In this document: positions 35,808-45,667 of the stretch, piece after piece
How the letters are laid out: each line of letters starts with the position of its first letter
Numbering within the stretch: the first letter of the stretch is position 1
Assembly: GCA_041671145.1 (NCBI GenBank)
Contig: JBAZBZ010000005.1
Location: 18,234 to 82,233, forward strand
Reading direction: 5' to 3'
DNA from: Bacteroidales bacterium
Lineage (GTDB): Bacteria; Bacteroidota; Bacteroidia; Bacteroidales; JAHJDW01
DNA length: 64,000 nt
Notes under the pieces: model-generated
What the model was told of the DNA's origin: nothing
Database searches by the model: none
What the model saw: only the letters and a program-made list of their open reading frames with translations
Program-made: the position numbers and the translations under genes

Positions 35808-38792
35808 TTATCTTGTAATGATTAATTTTGCAGTTGAAGATTTTTCAGTTGTTCTATATTCCAAAACATAAGTTCCGGATGACAAGCTGCTGCAATTAAT
35901 TTCGGTATTGTGTTTTCCTTTTGTTTGTCTTGTCAAAACTATTGATTTAACAACTCTTCCCTGTAAGTCATAAACATTTATATTAACATCTGATGTATTT
36001 TGCAAAGTGTATGTAATAGTTGCAGAACTTGAAGCGGGATTTGGATAAACATCAAGAGAATTTTGTGTGGCAGATTTTCCTTTTCTATCTTCAACGCTCA
36101 AATAATTTCTTGCTTCAAACACACCTCTGCCGAGTGTACTTATATAAATAACTCCGGCATTGTTTGTCCAATATGGACTTTCGCCCACACTTGTTTGCTG
36201 TCTAATCATGTTAACAGGAATATGACAATTCAATTCACCGCCATTTTCATCTTCCCACACAGGCGAGGAATCCAATAAATTTGTAGTAGAAAAAACTCCG
36301 AAGTCAGTACCTACTAATGCCTTATCGGAATTCCACTGTAAAATAAGCGAACTGTATGCAGGAACTTTCAGAAGATTTCCTTGTTTTGAAGTGAATACTA
36401 CATTTGGTACTGTATCTAAAGCATTATTTGAGTAATAAACATAATTAGTGTCACCGTAATTGCCTAAAGTTACTATTACATTATTTGTATCATTAGGGTC
36501 TGTTGATATTGAAGTAATAACTCTGTTGGGGAAATTCGCAATTGTTGCTGTATCCAAAGAAAAAGTGTCTGAACCAAAATAACAGTGCAAGGAATCTTCA
36601 TATTGCAATAAATTAGTAATTCTATATAGTTTTCCTCTAGCGGTTCCTGCAAATAAAGTATTTCCATTTTTTGTTATTGCTATTGCAGTATAAGTGGTTT
36701 TAACCGGGTCGTTAGAGTCATAAATTTTACTGAATATTTTTATCCACCTTGTCAGATAACCTCCAAACATGAGTGGGTCTTTTGTCATCCATATATCACC
36801 GTTTCTTCCGATAAACATTTTTGATTGCACTACGTCCTGAAGCTTAATAGTGTCTTTATAATTAATCGGGGATTCAGAACTTAATACTATGTGGTTGAAT
36901 GGAAAATCAAAATTTCTACTTTTTACATTAAATATAGTATCACCGGTAACATAAATTGAATCATTATCACTCACAGAATGTTGACTTTTTTTATTATTAA
37001 TAAAAGTCACAGAATCTTTACTATAAAGATTATTAAAGCTTTCCCATAAAATATAAGGTGTAATATAACCCGATGTATTAACATTATTTCCCGTTGTACT
37101 GAAAGAAGTAAACTGTCCTCCTCTGTCCGGCGACCTGTATATATTTCCATAAGCAGTGGAAACCATCATTAAATTTCTATGAATTAAAGAAAATGCTGTA
37201 TAGCCGCAATCGCTATAATCTGTCATGCTGGAATAAAAATTCTTTGCGCTTAGAGGAGTATTACCTTTTTTATTAAGATAAATTGCACCATTGGCTTGTG
37301 TTCCGGCGGCAACAAGTCCATCATAAGATTGTGAAATAGCAAGTGTTGCTGCAGTTTTGTAACCAATGTTTATCACTTTAAAATTAGCTCCTCCATCTGT
37401 TGATTTTGAAATACCGCCATCATCACCGATATAAATTATGTTGGGATTATTTTTATCAAATACATAAGTATGTTGGCTCGCATGCAAATAATAAGGATGA
37501 AGAGTAGATTCATTATATGATGATATTTTTAACCATGTATTGCCTGTTTCCCATTTCCACATATCTAATCCTCCGGCAAAAATTTTATTTGCATTTGTAG
37601 GATGAACTGCCAATGCGTTAGCATACCAGCCGTTGCTTCCATAAGGGTCAAATTGTGTACTTCCTCCGGGACCAATTACTGTCCATGTTTCTCCTTTATC
37701 GGTAGATTGATAAATATTACAAATTTTCCCATCATAAAGTGTTTGGCTTGATTTTTTTATTGCAGAACAATAAATATAGTTCGAGTTACTTGGAGCAATT
37801 GCAATTTCCAATCTTCCCACAATAAATCCAACGCCGCTTAATGGTAATTTTCCGGCTGCACTACCTGATTTACATACAAAACTTCCATCATCACCATTGG
37901 GAGAAATATAGAAAAAACATGTGTCGGGTTTTACAACTGCACAAGCTACACTGCCGTCAGAGCCAACTTCCACATCAGGTGCATTACCATTCAGATAATT
38001 TGCTGCATTATCTTTTGCATTTATCCAATTATTTCCGCCATCGGTGCTCATCATCAAACCCTTGTTGGTTGCTGCATATATCTTATCTGAATATCCTACA
38101 CGCGGGTCAGCCACAATTTTATTTATGTATGCCCATGCTGCTCCACTGTCAATTGCGCTCGGTACTGTTGAAGCAAGTTGTGTAAAGGTAGTTCCACCAT
38201 CAGTTGATTTCCAAACACCTTGTCCGACAATACCCAGTATCCTGTCGTAAACTGAACTTGTTGGCAAAGAAAAACCTTCTCCTGTGCCAAAATATATATC
38301 ACCATTTGCTGCTTGTGTAATACAAGTTATTACAAGATTTTCAAAATTATTATATTGTGAACTTGAGCCGGTATAATTTACTTTCCACCATGTAACACCG
38401 CCGTTAACAGATTTCCATAATCCGCTTCCGCAGCTTCCGGCAAAGAGTACATTTGAATTATTTTTTGAAACCAGAATAGCTTTGGTTCTACCGCTGAAAT
38501 TATCAGGACCCATTTCTTTCCATGTCAACCCGAGTGAACTTCGTGATGATTTTACAGGTGAATTTATTAATTGATTTTGCGCATTTATTACGTCAACAGC
38601 ACTGATATTACCGGTAACCTGATTTGCCCTTAAAAGGTTAATGTAATCCAAAGAGGCTTTCACATTGAGAGAGGGCTCATCAGTTACTTCAGGATTTTTC
38701 TTTTTCTCGTTTGTATTTCTTGGGTCGGAAGCAAAAGCAATTGCTGAGAAAAACGTTGCAATAAAACTTAGTAATAAAATTTTCTTTTTCAT
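35808..38792 (-). CDS. T9SS-secreted BNR/sortilin-type beta-propeller protein
   Basis: Signal peptide; repeated S.DGG.TW / STDKGETW / STDGGANF BNR motifs; C-terminus LDVYPNPASSSATITYTL...GTYVLEYRTTEKSSTAKLIITR matches the T9SS sorting domain. Confidence 0.75.
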   Translation of the reverse strand: MKKKILLLSFIATFFSAIAFASDPRNTNEKKKNPEVTDEPSLNVKASLDYINLLRANQVTGNISAVDVINAQNQLINSPVKSSRSSLGLTWKEMGPDNFSGRTKAILVSKNNSNVLFAGSCGSGLWKSVNGGVTWWKVNYTGSSSQYNNFENLVITCITQAANGDIYFGTGEGFSLPTSSVYDRILGIVGQGVWKSTDGGTTFTQLASTVPSAIDSGAAWAYINKIVADPRVGYSDKIYAATNKGLMMSTDGGNNWINAKDNAANYLNGNAPDVEVGSDGSVACAVVKPDTCFFYISPNGDDGSFVCKSGSAAGKLPLSGVGFIVGRLEIAIAPSNSNYIYCSAIKKSSQTLYDGKICNIYQSTDKGETWTVIGPGGSTQFDPYGSNGWYANALAVHPTNANKIFAGGLDMWKWETGNTWLKISSYNESTLHPYYLHASQHTYVFDKNNPNIIYIGDDGGISKSTDGGANFKVINIGYKTAATLAISQSYDGLVAAGTQANGAIYLNKKGNTPLSAKNFYSSMTDYSDCGYTAFSLIHRNLMMVSTAYGNIYRSPDRGGQFTSFSTTGNNVNTSGYITPYILWESFNNLYSKDSVTFINNKKSQHSVSDNDSIYVTGDTIFNVKSRNFDFPFNHIVLSSESPINYKDTIKLQDVVQSKMFIGRNGDIWMTKDPLMFGGYLTRWIKIFSKIYDSNDPVKTTYTAIAITKNGNTLFAGTARGKLYRITNLLQYEDSLHCYFGSDTFSLDTATIANFPNRVITSISTDPNDTNNVIVTLGNYGDTNYVYYSNNALDTVPNVVFTSKQGNLLKVPAYSSLILQWNSDKALVGTDFGVFSTTNLLDSSPVWEDENGGELNCHIPVNMIRQQTSVGESPYWTNNAGVIYISTLGRGVFEARNYLSVEDRKGKSATQNSLDVYPNPASSSATITYTLQNTSDVNINVYDLQGRVVKSIVLTRQTKGKHNTEINCSSLSSGTYVLEYRTTEKSSTAKLIITR

Positions 38793-39272
38793 CTGTTTAA
38801 ATTTTGTAAGTAATTAATATTTCTGCTGTTAATTTGCTATTTTGGTTAATAAACTTTTTTAGTTACTCACTCCCGCAAAAGCCCACCTCTCAACCTGCTC
38901 GTGAATATCCATGCCTTTCTTCGTTGAAAACAGCACTGAATTTTTAATCATTTACGGTTTGTGCAACTTTTTTTAATTGCATGGATATTTCATATTAGTA
39001 ATTTATATTTTGATTTTTTATTGATTTTCTGAAATTAGGTTCGCAAGATACAATTTTTTTAAAAAAAAATAAAAATTTATTAAAAATCACATTTTGTTTT
39101 CATAAATGAATTAGTAAAAATAGTTTGTAAACAAAATATTTAAAAGCATAAATCTGTTTTCGGTATAGATAAGTCAGTAAAAGATATGTTTTATCAAGTT
39201 AACGGTAAAATTTGCTTTAATAATTGATAGTATAAAACTAATAAACATTAAAAACTCAATAAAAAGCTCAGC

Positions 39273-40481
39273 TTATTTATCACATATTAATTTTTTAATA
39301 AACTCATCACCTTTAAGTATTCCATAATATCCGTTTTCGGTGCTGTTTTCATTATATTCTTTCACATTATCGGGAGATTTGTCGGAGTTATATATTAAAA
39401 ACGGAACAGAATCATGAGTATGTGTTTTTATTTCACAGGGAGTGGCATGGTCGGGCAGTATGGCAATTGAAATTTTTTCATTTATTTTTTTAGTTTCTTC
39501 TACAATATATTTAACAACGCGTTTATCAAGATATTCAAGTGTTTTAATTTTTAATTCAACATTTCCATCATGACCTGCTTCATCTGATGCTTCGATATGA
39601 AGATATACCAAATCATATTTTTTTATTGCTTCAATAGTGGCTTTTGCTTTTCCTTCGTAATTTGTATCATATAATCCTGTTGCGCCTTTTACTTTTATCA
39701 CTTCCATTCCTGCATAAACTCCAATTCCCTGAATTAAATCTACTGCCGAAATCACTGCACCTGTGAGTCCATACATTTCTTTTAAAGTTTTCATTCTTGG
39801 CTTATTTCCGGGCGACCAAAGCCAAATGGAATTTGCAGGGTCTTTTCCTTTTTTGAGCCGTTTAATATTTACAGGATGATTTTTTAAAATTTCATGTGAC
39901 TTAAAAATTAAATTATTTAATAAATCGGAAGTATCTTTTCCGCTATTATCGGTTGGTTTTATAAGTACATCCCTGTATGGAGTCCCGGGAACATCATGCG
40001 GAGGTGTACAATTTATTTTATTCAATCCGTTTTTTAAAATTAATATATGACGATAGCTTACGCCGGAATAAAATTTTATATCATCAGTTGCTAATTGCTC
40101 ATTTAATGTTTTAATAATTTCTGCCGCTTCTTTAGTAGATATATGTCCTGCTGAATGATTTTTTATTTTTTCATTTTCTATGCAAATTAAATTGCATCGC
40201 ATCACAAGGTCTTCGGGCTTTACATTAATGCCAATACTTGCAGCTTCGAGAACACCTCTTCCCTGATAAATTTCTTTAACATCATATCCGAGAACAGCAA
40301 GGTTTGCAACTTCGCTTCCGGGCTGCATATCATCGGGAACTGTAATTAATCTGCCTGTTCTTGATTTGGCACATAATGAATTAATATTAGGTATCTTTGC
40401 TGCCATAAGAGGAGTTTTTCCGCCAATCCTTTCTATTGGTCTATCAGACATTCCATCACCTAATATTATTATATATTTCAT
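39273..40481 (-). CDS. cofactor-independent phosphoglycerate mutase family protein (ApgM-like; probable alternative homoserine kinase given thrC linkage)
   Basis: MKYIIILGDGMSDRP, PGSEVANLAVLGYD, HIEASDEAGH and LPDHATP. Confidence 0.8.
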   Translation of the reverse strand: MKYIIILGDGMSDRPIERIGGKTPLMAAKIPNINSLCAKSRTGRLITVPDDMQPGSEVANLAVLGYDVKEIYQGRGVLEAASIGINVKPEDLVMRCNLICIENEKIKNHSAGHISTKEAAEIIKTLNEQLATDDIKFYSGVSYRHILILKNGLNKINCTPPHDVPGTPYRDVLIKPTDNSGKDTSDLLNNLIFKSHEILKNHPVNIKRLKKGKDPANSIWLWSPGNKPRMKTLKEMYGLTGAVISAVDLIQGIGVYAGMEVIKVKGATGLYDTNYEGKAKATIEAIKKYDLVYLHIEASDEAGHDGNVELKIKTLEYLDKRVVKYIVEETKKINEKISIAILPDHATPCEIKTHTHDSVPFLIYNSDKSPDNVKEYNENSTENGYYGILKGDEFIKKLICDK

Positions 40482-40637
40482 TTAATAAGTTTGTAGTTTA
40501 AATTGTTTGTGGTTTGTTATTAAAAATATTAAAATTTATAAAGTCAATAGTCATTAAGTCATTAGTAAAAAACAATGAGTTAATTTCAAAATACTCCTCG
40601 CTCTGTGCTCTAAGCCCTATGCACATTTTATAAGATA

Positions 40638-42008
40638 TCAATATTTTTTTACAAGCAATTTTTTAAATTCTTCATAATCATTCTTCATCTGCAAATAAGA
40701 TTCCTCTTTACTTTCAATACCTTTAAGGCTTTCGGGCAAAGTTGGGTCGATGTCAAGTAATTCTCTTATTGTTTCCGGAAATTTTGCAGGATGTGCCGTT
40801 TCAAGGGAAATGCATAATTGCTCTTTATTATTATATTCTTTATGTTGTTTTAAAAATTCGTGTAATCCGCTCCAACCAACAGCACCATGAGGTTCAAGCA
40901 AAAGCTTATATTCGTCAAACTCCGATTTAATTATTTCTTTTGTTTTTTTATCGGTAATACTTACAGAAAAAATATCTTCACGCATTTTTTTCATATCGGG
41001 ATTTTTATTTATTTTCCCTTTTTCATCCATCTCTCCGCCATAAAGTGAAACAACACGTGCGAGATTACTCGGGTGTCCGACATTCATTGCACTTGAGATG
41101 CAATTTTTGGATGGTTCTATTTTATTATAAATACCGGCATTAAGAAACGCGGGAAATTCATCATTTTCATTTGTTGAAATAATAAATTTTTTAACCGGAA
41201 GTCCCATTTTTTTTGCGAGCAAACCGCCCATCATGTTGCCAAAATTACCTGAAGGAACACTAAAAATAACATCATCATCAGATTTTCCCTTACGCAATTT
41301 TGCGAATGAATAAAAATAATAAACAATCTGTGGAATAAGTCGTCCGATATTGATTGAATTTGCTGAAGATAAATCCAAATAATCAAGTTCTTTGTCGGCA
41401 AAAGCTTGTTTAACCAACGTCTGGCAATCATCAAACTTACCGTCAACAGCAATAATCTGAACATTATTTCCAAGAGTTGTCATTTGTTTGCGTTGCCTGC
41501 CGGTAACTTCTTTGAATGGAAATAACACCACTACCTGAATATTATTTAATTTATAAAAAGCATTTGCAATTGCACTTCCTGTATCACCTGAAGTAGCTGT
41601 TAGAATTAATAATTTTTTATTATTTAATTCCAGAAAATATTGCATCAGACGTCCCATCATTCGTGCAGCAAAATCTTTGAATGAAGCGGTAGGACCTTGG
41701 TCAAGACGCATTAGCCATTTATTTTCATAAACATTTTCCAATGGGACAGGATAATTATATGCATCACGAACAATTTCTTTCAGAATATTTTCAGGAACAT
41801 CACCAAGTATAAATCTTTTACTTACCTCATAAGCTATTTCGTGATATTCCATTCCTGAAAAATTCATGATTTCTTTTTCGGAAATAACGGGAATTATATT
41901 TGGCATGTAAAGTCCTTTGTCAGGAGCTTGTCCTTTAAGCAATGCTTCTTTGAAGGTAACAGGAGGTGCTGTTAAATTAGTTGAATGATATAAAATTTCT
42001 TTTCCCAT
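40638..42008 (-). CDS. thrC: threonine synthase (long form)
   Basis: GPTASFKDFAARMMG PLP-lysine motif and SGDTGSA. Confidence 0.9.
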   Translation of the reverse strand: MGKEILYHSTNLTAPPVTFKEALLKGQAPDKGLYMPNIIPVISEKEIMNFSGMEYHEIAYEVSKRFILGDVPENILKEIVRDAYNYPVPLENVYENKWLMRLDQGPTASFKDFAARMMGRLMQYFLELNNKKLLILTATSGDTGSAIANAFYKLNNIQVVVLFPFKEVTGRQRKQMTTLGNNVQIIAVDGKFDDCQTLVKQAFADKELDYLDLSSANSINIGRLIPQIVYYFYSFAKLRKGKSDDDVIFSVPSGNFGNMMGGLLAKKMGLPVKKFIISTNENDEFPAFLNAGIYNKIEPSKNCISSAMNVGHPSNLARVVSLYGGEMDEKGKINKNPDMKKMREDIFSVSITDKKTKEIIKSEFDEYKLLLEPHGAVGWSGLHEFLKQHKEYNNKEQLCISLETAHPAKFPETIRELLDIDPTLPESLKGIESKEESYLQMKNDYEEFKKLLVKKY

Positions 42009-42054
42009 TTTAAATTTGAATTAATTATCTTCAATGAAATTACTTATTGATATT

Positions 42055-42125
42055 AAACCTAACAGGTCTTGGAGACCTGTTAGGTTTTGCGCTTTTGAGA
42101 CAAACAAGGGGTTGCAACCCCTTGT
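42055..42125 (-). terminator. Two GC-rich perfect hairpins between the MetY-like gene and thrC
   Basis: aaacctaacaggtct-tgg-agacctgttaggttt (42055-42087, 15-bp stem) and acaaggggtt-gc-aaccccttgt (42104-42125); no clear U-tract. Confidence 0.45.
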
Positions 42126-42137
42126 TATATAAAAAAC

Positions 42138-43604
42138 CTATTTTCTCAATCTCGCCGAAGAAGCGCCGCCTGCAGAAAATTCGGGAGATGAAACAGCAAT
42201 TTTTTTGCCATCCAGAACAGACAATGCCTGTTCCAAATCTGCAATTATATCATCGGGATGTTCTGCTCCAACACATAATCTTATAAGATTAGCAGGAATG
42301 TCTGCAATTTTTCTTCCTTCTTCTCCTTGCTGAAAGTGCGTGGAAATAGCGGGAATCGTTGCTACTGATTTTATTCTTCCTAAATCTGTAGCTCTCCAAA
42401 TTCTTTGTAAATTATCAAAAACTTTTCTTGTTGCCTGTGCATCACCTTTGACTCTGAATGACATGAGATGACCGTAACGATTAACTTTCTTCCCATAAAT
42501 TTCATCATATTCAGAGTCCACAAGAAACATGTATTTTGAAGCAATAGAATGAAGCGGATGTGAATCTAACCCCAAATAATGAACCTGTTCAATATGTTTG
42601 TGCTTTTGCAGGTATTTAGCTATTTTCATTGTATTCACGCTGAGGAAATCCATTTTAGAACGGATTGTTCTTATATCGTTTAAAGCTAATGCAGCATTCA
42701 TCGGAGAAATATTAGGACCATTATCCCTGTTTGGCAGTTGTTTGAGGTAAGTACAAAAATCCGCTTTCATTTCATCATTGTCAATATTTGAAATAATATT
42801 CTTTTTTGAAATAACAGCTCCACTTATACCGAATCCTCCCGAAGTTAATGATTTTGTGACAGATTGTATAACAATATCGGCTCCATAAACAATTGGTCGC
42901 ATCAATGCAGGAGTTGCAACTGTAGAATCAATTATTACAGGCAAATTATGACTATGAGCCAATTCTACAACTTTTTCAAGGTCAAAAAATGATTGCGACG
43001 GATTGCTTGGCATTTCACCATAAATAAAACGTGTATTTTTATCAATTTTTGATTCCCATTCGTCAATATCATTTGAATTAATAATTTTTCTCCATTCAAT
43101 ATTTCTTTCTTTATTTTTTCTCACAGAAAATTGCTGAAAAGTTCCTCCATAAATCTGGCAAGTAGCAACAAAATTCATTTTTTGTTCAGGATTTTTCGGG
43201 TCAATCACCAAAAGCTGGTCGGTTACACTTTGAATGGCTGATATTCCCGATGAAGTTGCCACGCACGATGTTTCTTCATTTGAACCGTAACCATCTAATA
43301 GCGAAAGAACTCCTTCAAAATAATACATACTTGGATTAGCAATTCGTGAATAACACCATGAAGGTATTTTATAAGCCAAAGCTGCTTCCATTTCATCTGA
43401 ATCACGGTATGCCTGTGAAGTTGACATATAAATTGGCTCTATTATTGAACCCTGGTTAAAATCAAGTGCTTCCTGCATCGAATAAATTCCATGAACCGCA
43501 ATTGTATCAAATCTGCATTTCCTCATTTTATTCAAATACTCTTTATGCCATTGCATTGAACGCTTTGCTGCATCAATATAATATTGTGTTCCGTCTGAGC
43601 TCAT
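42138..43604 (-). CDS. Cys/Met-metabolism PLP-dependent enzyme (O-acetylhomoserine sulfhydrylase-like)
   Basis: RIANPSMYYFEGVL, VIQSVTKSLTSGG (PLP Lys) and LIRLCVGAEHPDDIIADLEQAL; start trimmed to MSSDGTQYY (ATG at 43604). Confidence 0.65.
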   Translation of the reverse strand: MSSDGTQYYIDAAKRSMQWHKEYLNKMRKCRFDTIAVHGIYSMQEALDFNQGSIIEPIYMSTSQAYRDSDEMEAALAYKIPSWCYSRIANPSMYYFEGVLSLLDGYGSNEETSCVATSSGISAIQSVTDQLLVIDPKNPEQKMNFVATCQIYGGTFQQFSVRKNKERNIEWRKIINSNDIDEWESKIDKNTRFIYGEMPSNPSQSFFDLEKVVELAHSHNLPVIIDSTVATPALMRPIVYGADIVIQSVTKSLTSGGFGISGAVISKKNIISNIDNDEMKADFCTYLKQLPNRDNGPNISPMNAALALNDIRTIRSKMDFLSVNTMKIAKYLQKHKHIEQVHYLGLDSHPLHSIASKYMFLVDSEYDEIYGKKVNRYGHLMSFRVKGDAQATRKVFDNLQRIWRATDLGRIKSVATIPAISTHFQQGEEGRKIADIPANLIRLCVGAEHPDDIIADLEQALSVLDGKKIAVSSPEFSAGGASSARLRK

Positions 43605-43769
43605 TTGGTTAGCGTTATTAAATATAATAAATAATTGCACAAATTAACATACTTTTTTTGAAATACAAATAAATGAAATCAAAAAAAATATTTTATACTT
43701 TTACCATTTATAAAAAGAAATTTTGAATTTTAGATTAATTGTTATCTGTGTATGAAGTTGAAAATTTTT

Positions 43770-43783
43770 ACAGATTCACAGAT
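43770..43783. repeat. ACAGATTCACAGAT word copy
   Basis: 14 nt identical to 5988-6001; a degenerate partner atctgtg lies at 43744-43750. Confidence 0.7.
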
Positions 43784-43797
43784 TAAAATAAAAAGAA

Positions 43798-44559
43798 ATG
43801 ATTTTTATTGATACTCATTGCCATTTGTATTTAAAAGAATTTAAAAACGATTGGAAGGAATCTGTTGAAAATGCCAAAAAGAATAAAGTTGAAAAAATTA
43901 TTCTTCCGAATCTTGACAGCATTTCGATTTCGGCAATGAATGAAATTGCCAGTACTTTTCCAAACAATTGCTTTCCTGCAATAGGAATACATCCTTCATC
44001 TGTTAAAAAAAATTATATCGAAGAATTAAACATTATTGAAGAGGAATTAAAAAAAACAAAATATTTTGCTATCGGTGAAATCGGTCTGGATTTTTATTGG
44101 AATAAAACTTTTATCAAAGAACAAAAAATTGCTCTTGAGTTTCAGCTTGAATTAGCAATAAAATATGAACTTCCCATTATCATTCACTCACGAAATTCGA
44201 TGGACGAAATAATCGAAATCATGAAAAACTTTAAAGGACTTACCGGAGTTTTTCATTGCTTTTCGGGAAATTTAAAACATGCCGAAGAAGTAATTTCAAT
44301 GGGATTTAAAATAGGAATAACAGGCATGGTTACTTATAAAAACTCCGGGCTTGCTGAAATAATAAAAAATATAAATATTGAAAATATCCTGCTCGAAACC
44401 GATGCTCCTTTTCTCGCTCCTGTTCCCCATCGTGGAAAACGAAATGAAAGTGCATACATTCCTTTAATAGCTGAAAAAATCGCAGAAATAAAAAATATTA
44501 TGGTTGAAGAAGTTGCAGAAAACACCACTAAAACTGCTGGAAAGATTTTTAGAATTTGA
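43798..44559 (+). CDS. tatD: TatD family metal-dependent hydrolase
   Basis: FIDTHCHL, IGEIGLDFYW, IIHSR and ETDAPFL. Confidence 0.9.
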   Translation: MIFIDTHCHLYLKEFKNDWKESVENAKKNKVEKIILPNLDSISISAMNEIASTFPNNCFPAIGIHPSSVKKNYIEELNIIEEELKKTKYFAIGEIGLDFYWNKTFIKEQKIALEFQLELAIKYELPIIIHSRNSMDEIIEIMKNFKGLTGVFHCFSGNLKHAEEVISMGFKIGITGMVTYKNSGLAEIIKNINIENILLETDAPFLAPVPHRGKRNESAYIPLIAEKIAEIKNIMVEEVAENTTKTAGKIFRI

Positions 44560-44573
44560 AGAAAAAATAAAAT

Positions 44574-44627
44574 GCCACAGATTCACAGAAAATAAAACTA
44601 CTCTCTTTTTTATCTGCGAATCTGTGG
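44574..44627. repeat. Short hairpin of the GCCACAGATTCACAGA family after tatD
   Basis: gccacagattcacagaa ... atctgcgaatctgtggc, with 1-2 mismatches. Confidence 0.8.
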
Positions 44628-44636
44628 CTAATTTCT

Positions 44637-44644
44637 TAACTTTG
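44637..44644 (+). promoter_or_regulatory. -7 box TAACTTTG upstream of the lpxL-like gene
   Basis: Exact TAnnTTTG match; ATG at 44672. Confidence 0.45.
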
Positions 44645-44671
44645 TAACTTCAAACTATTAGTATATAATTC

Positions 44672-45538
44672 ATGAAAATATTTTATATTATTTTTTCAAT
44701 AAAAGCATGGTTTATTTCAATACTTCCTTTTCGGTTGCTATATATTTTATCGGATTTTTATTACTTTCTTTTATATTATGTTATTGGATATCGCAAAAAA
44801 GTAGTATTTGAAAATTTAAGGAAATCCTTTCCCGATAAAACTTCGCAGGAGATTGAAAAAATCGCTAAAAAATATTTTCATAATTTATGCGATATGTTTC
44901 TGGAAGTAATTAAAGTAAAAAATATTTCCGAAAAACAAATTCTGAAAAGAGTTAAAATAAAAAATATTGAAGTGCTTGATGAACTTTATTTAAAAAATAA
45001 AAGTGTAATTGTTGCAATGGGACATCTTGGTAATTGGGAGTTTACTACTCATGCAGTTACATTGAAATCTGCTTATAATCATTACGGATTGATAAAACCA
45101 CTGACAAATGATTTTTTTAATAATTATCTGAATAAATTAAGAAACAGGTTTAACCTTAAACTCGTTCCTTACAAGCAAACTTTAAAGTTCATGGCAAGGA
45201 ATAAAAATAATTTATCATTATATTATGTTGCCGGTGACCAAACTCCTGCCAAAGGCGAAATAACTTACTGGACAAACTTTCTTAATCAGGATACACCTGT
45301 ATATCTGGGTATAGAAAAAATGTCGAAAATGCTTGATTTCGCTGTAATTTTCATGGATATTCAACATTCGAAGCGAGGATATTATGAAATAGAATTTACT
45401 AAGTTTACCGACAAGCCGAATGAATTTAAAGAATTTGAAATTACCGAATGGCATGTGCGATTTTTAGAAAATATAATTATTAAAAATCCTGATAACTGGC
45501 TTTGGTCGCACAAAAGATGGAAACATAAGAAAGCATAA
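44672..45538 (+). CDS. lipid A biosynthesis (Kdo)2-lipid IVA acyltransferase family protein (LpxL/HtrB-like)
   Basis: N-terminal TM helix; AMGHLGNWEF is the H(x)4E acyltransferase motif. Confidence 0.75.
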   Translation: MKIFYIIFSIKAWFISILPFRLLYILSDFYYFLLYYVIGYRKKVVFENLRKSFPDKTSQEIEKIAKKYFHNLCDMFLEVIKVKNISEKQILKRVKIKNIEVLDELYLKNKSVIVAMGHLGNWEFTTHAVTLKSAYNHYGLIKPLTNDFFNNYLNKLRNRFNLKLVPYKQTLKFMARNKNNLSLYYVAGDQTPAKGEITYWTNFLNQDTPVYLGIEKMSKMLDFAVIFMDIQHSKRGYYEIEFTKFTDKPNEFKEFEITEWHVRFLENIIIKNPDNWLWSHKRWKHKKA

Positions 45539-45623
45539 ATGATTTACGAATTAGGATTTATGATTTTAGATTTAATATTAAAATAAAAAATAATCGAATA
45601 TTGAAGTTGAACAACAAAATTGC

Positions 45624-45656
45624 GAAACTTTAAACTTTAAACATTAAACTTTAAAC
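45624..45656. repeat. Period-7 tandem ttaaac[t/a] x4
   Basis: gaaactttaaactttaaacattaaactttaaact. Confidence 0.85.
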
Positions 45657-45667
45657 TATTTTTTATA

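Noticed and set aside
42047-42286. 79-aa + ORF spanning the thrC/MetY-like spacer
   Set aside because: It is read through two GC-rich hairpins and into the antisense of the MetY-like gene, with no coding features.
43605-43797. SAM or other riboswitch upstream of the MetY-like gene
   Set aside because: The leader is almost pure A/T with no GC-rich paired elements and no conserved riboswitch core that I can recognise. A covariance-model scan would be needed to be certain.
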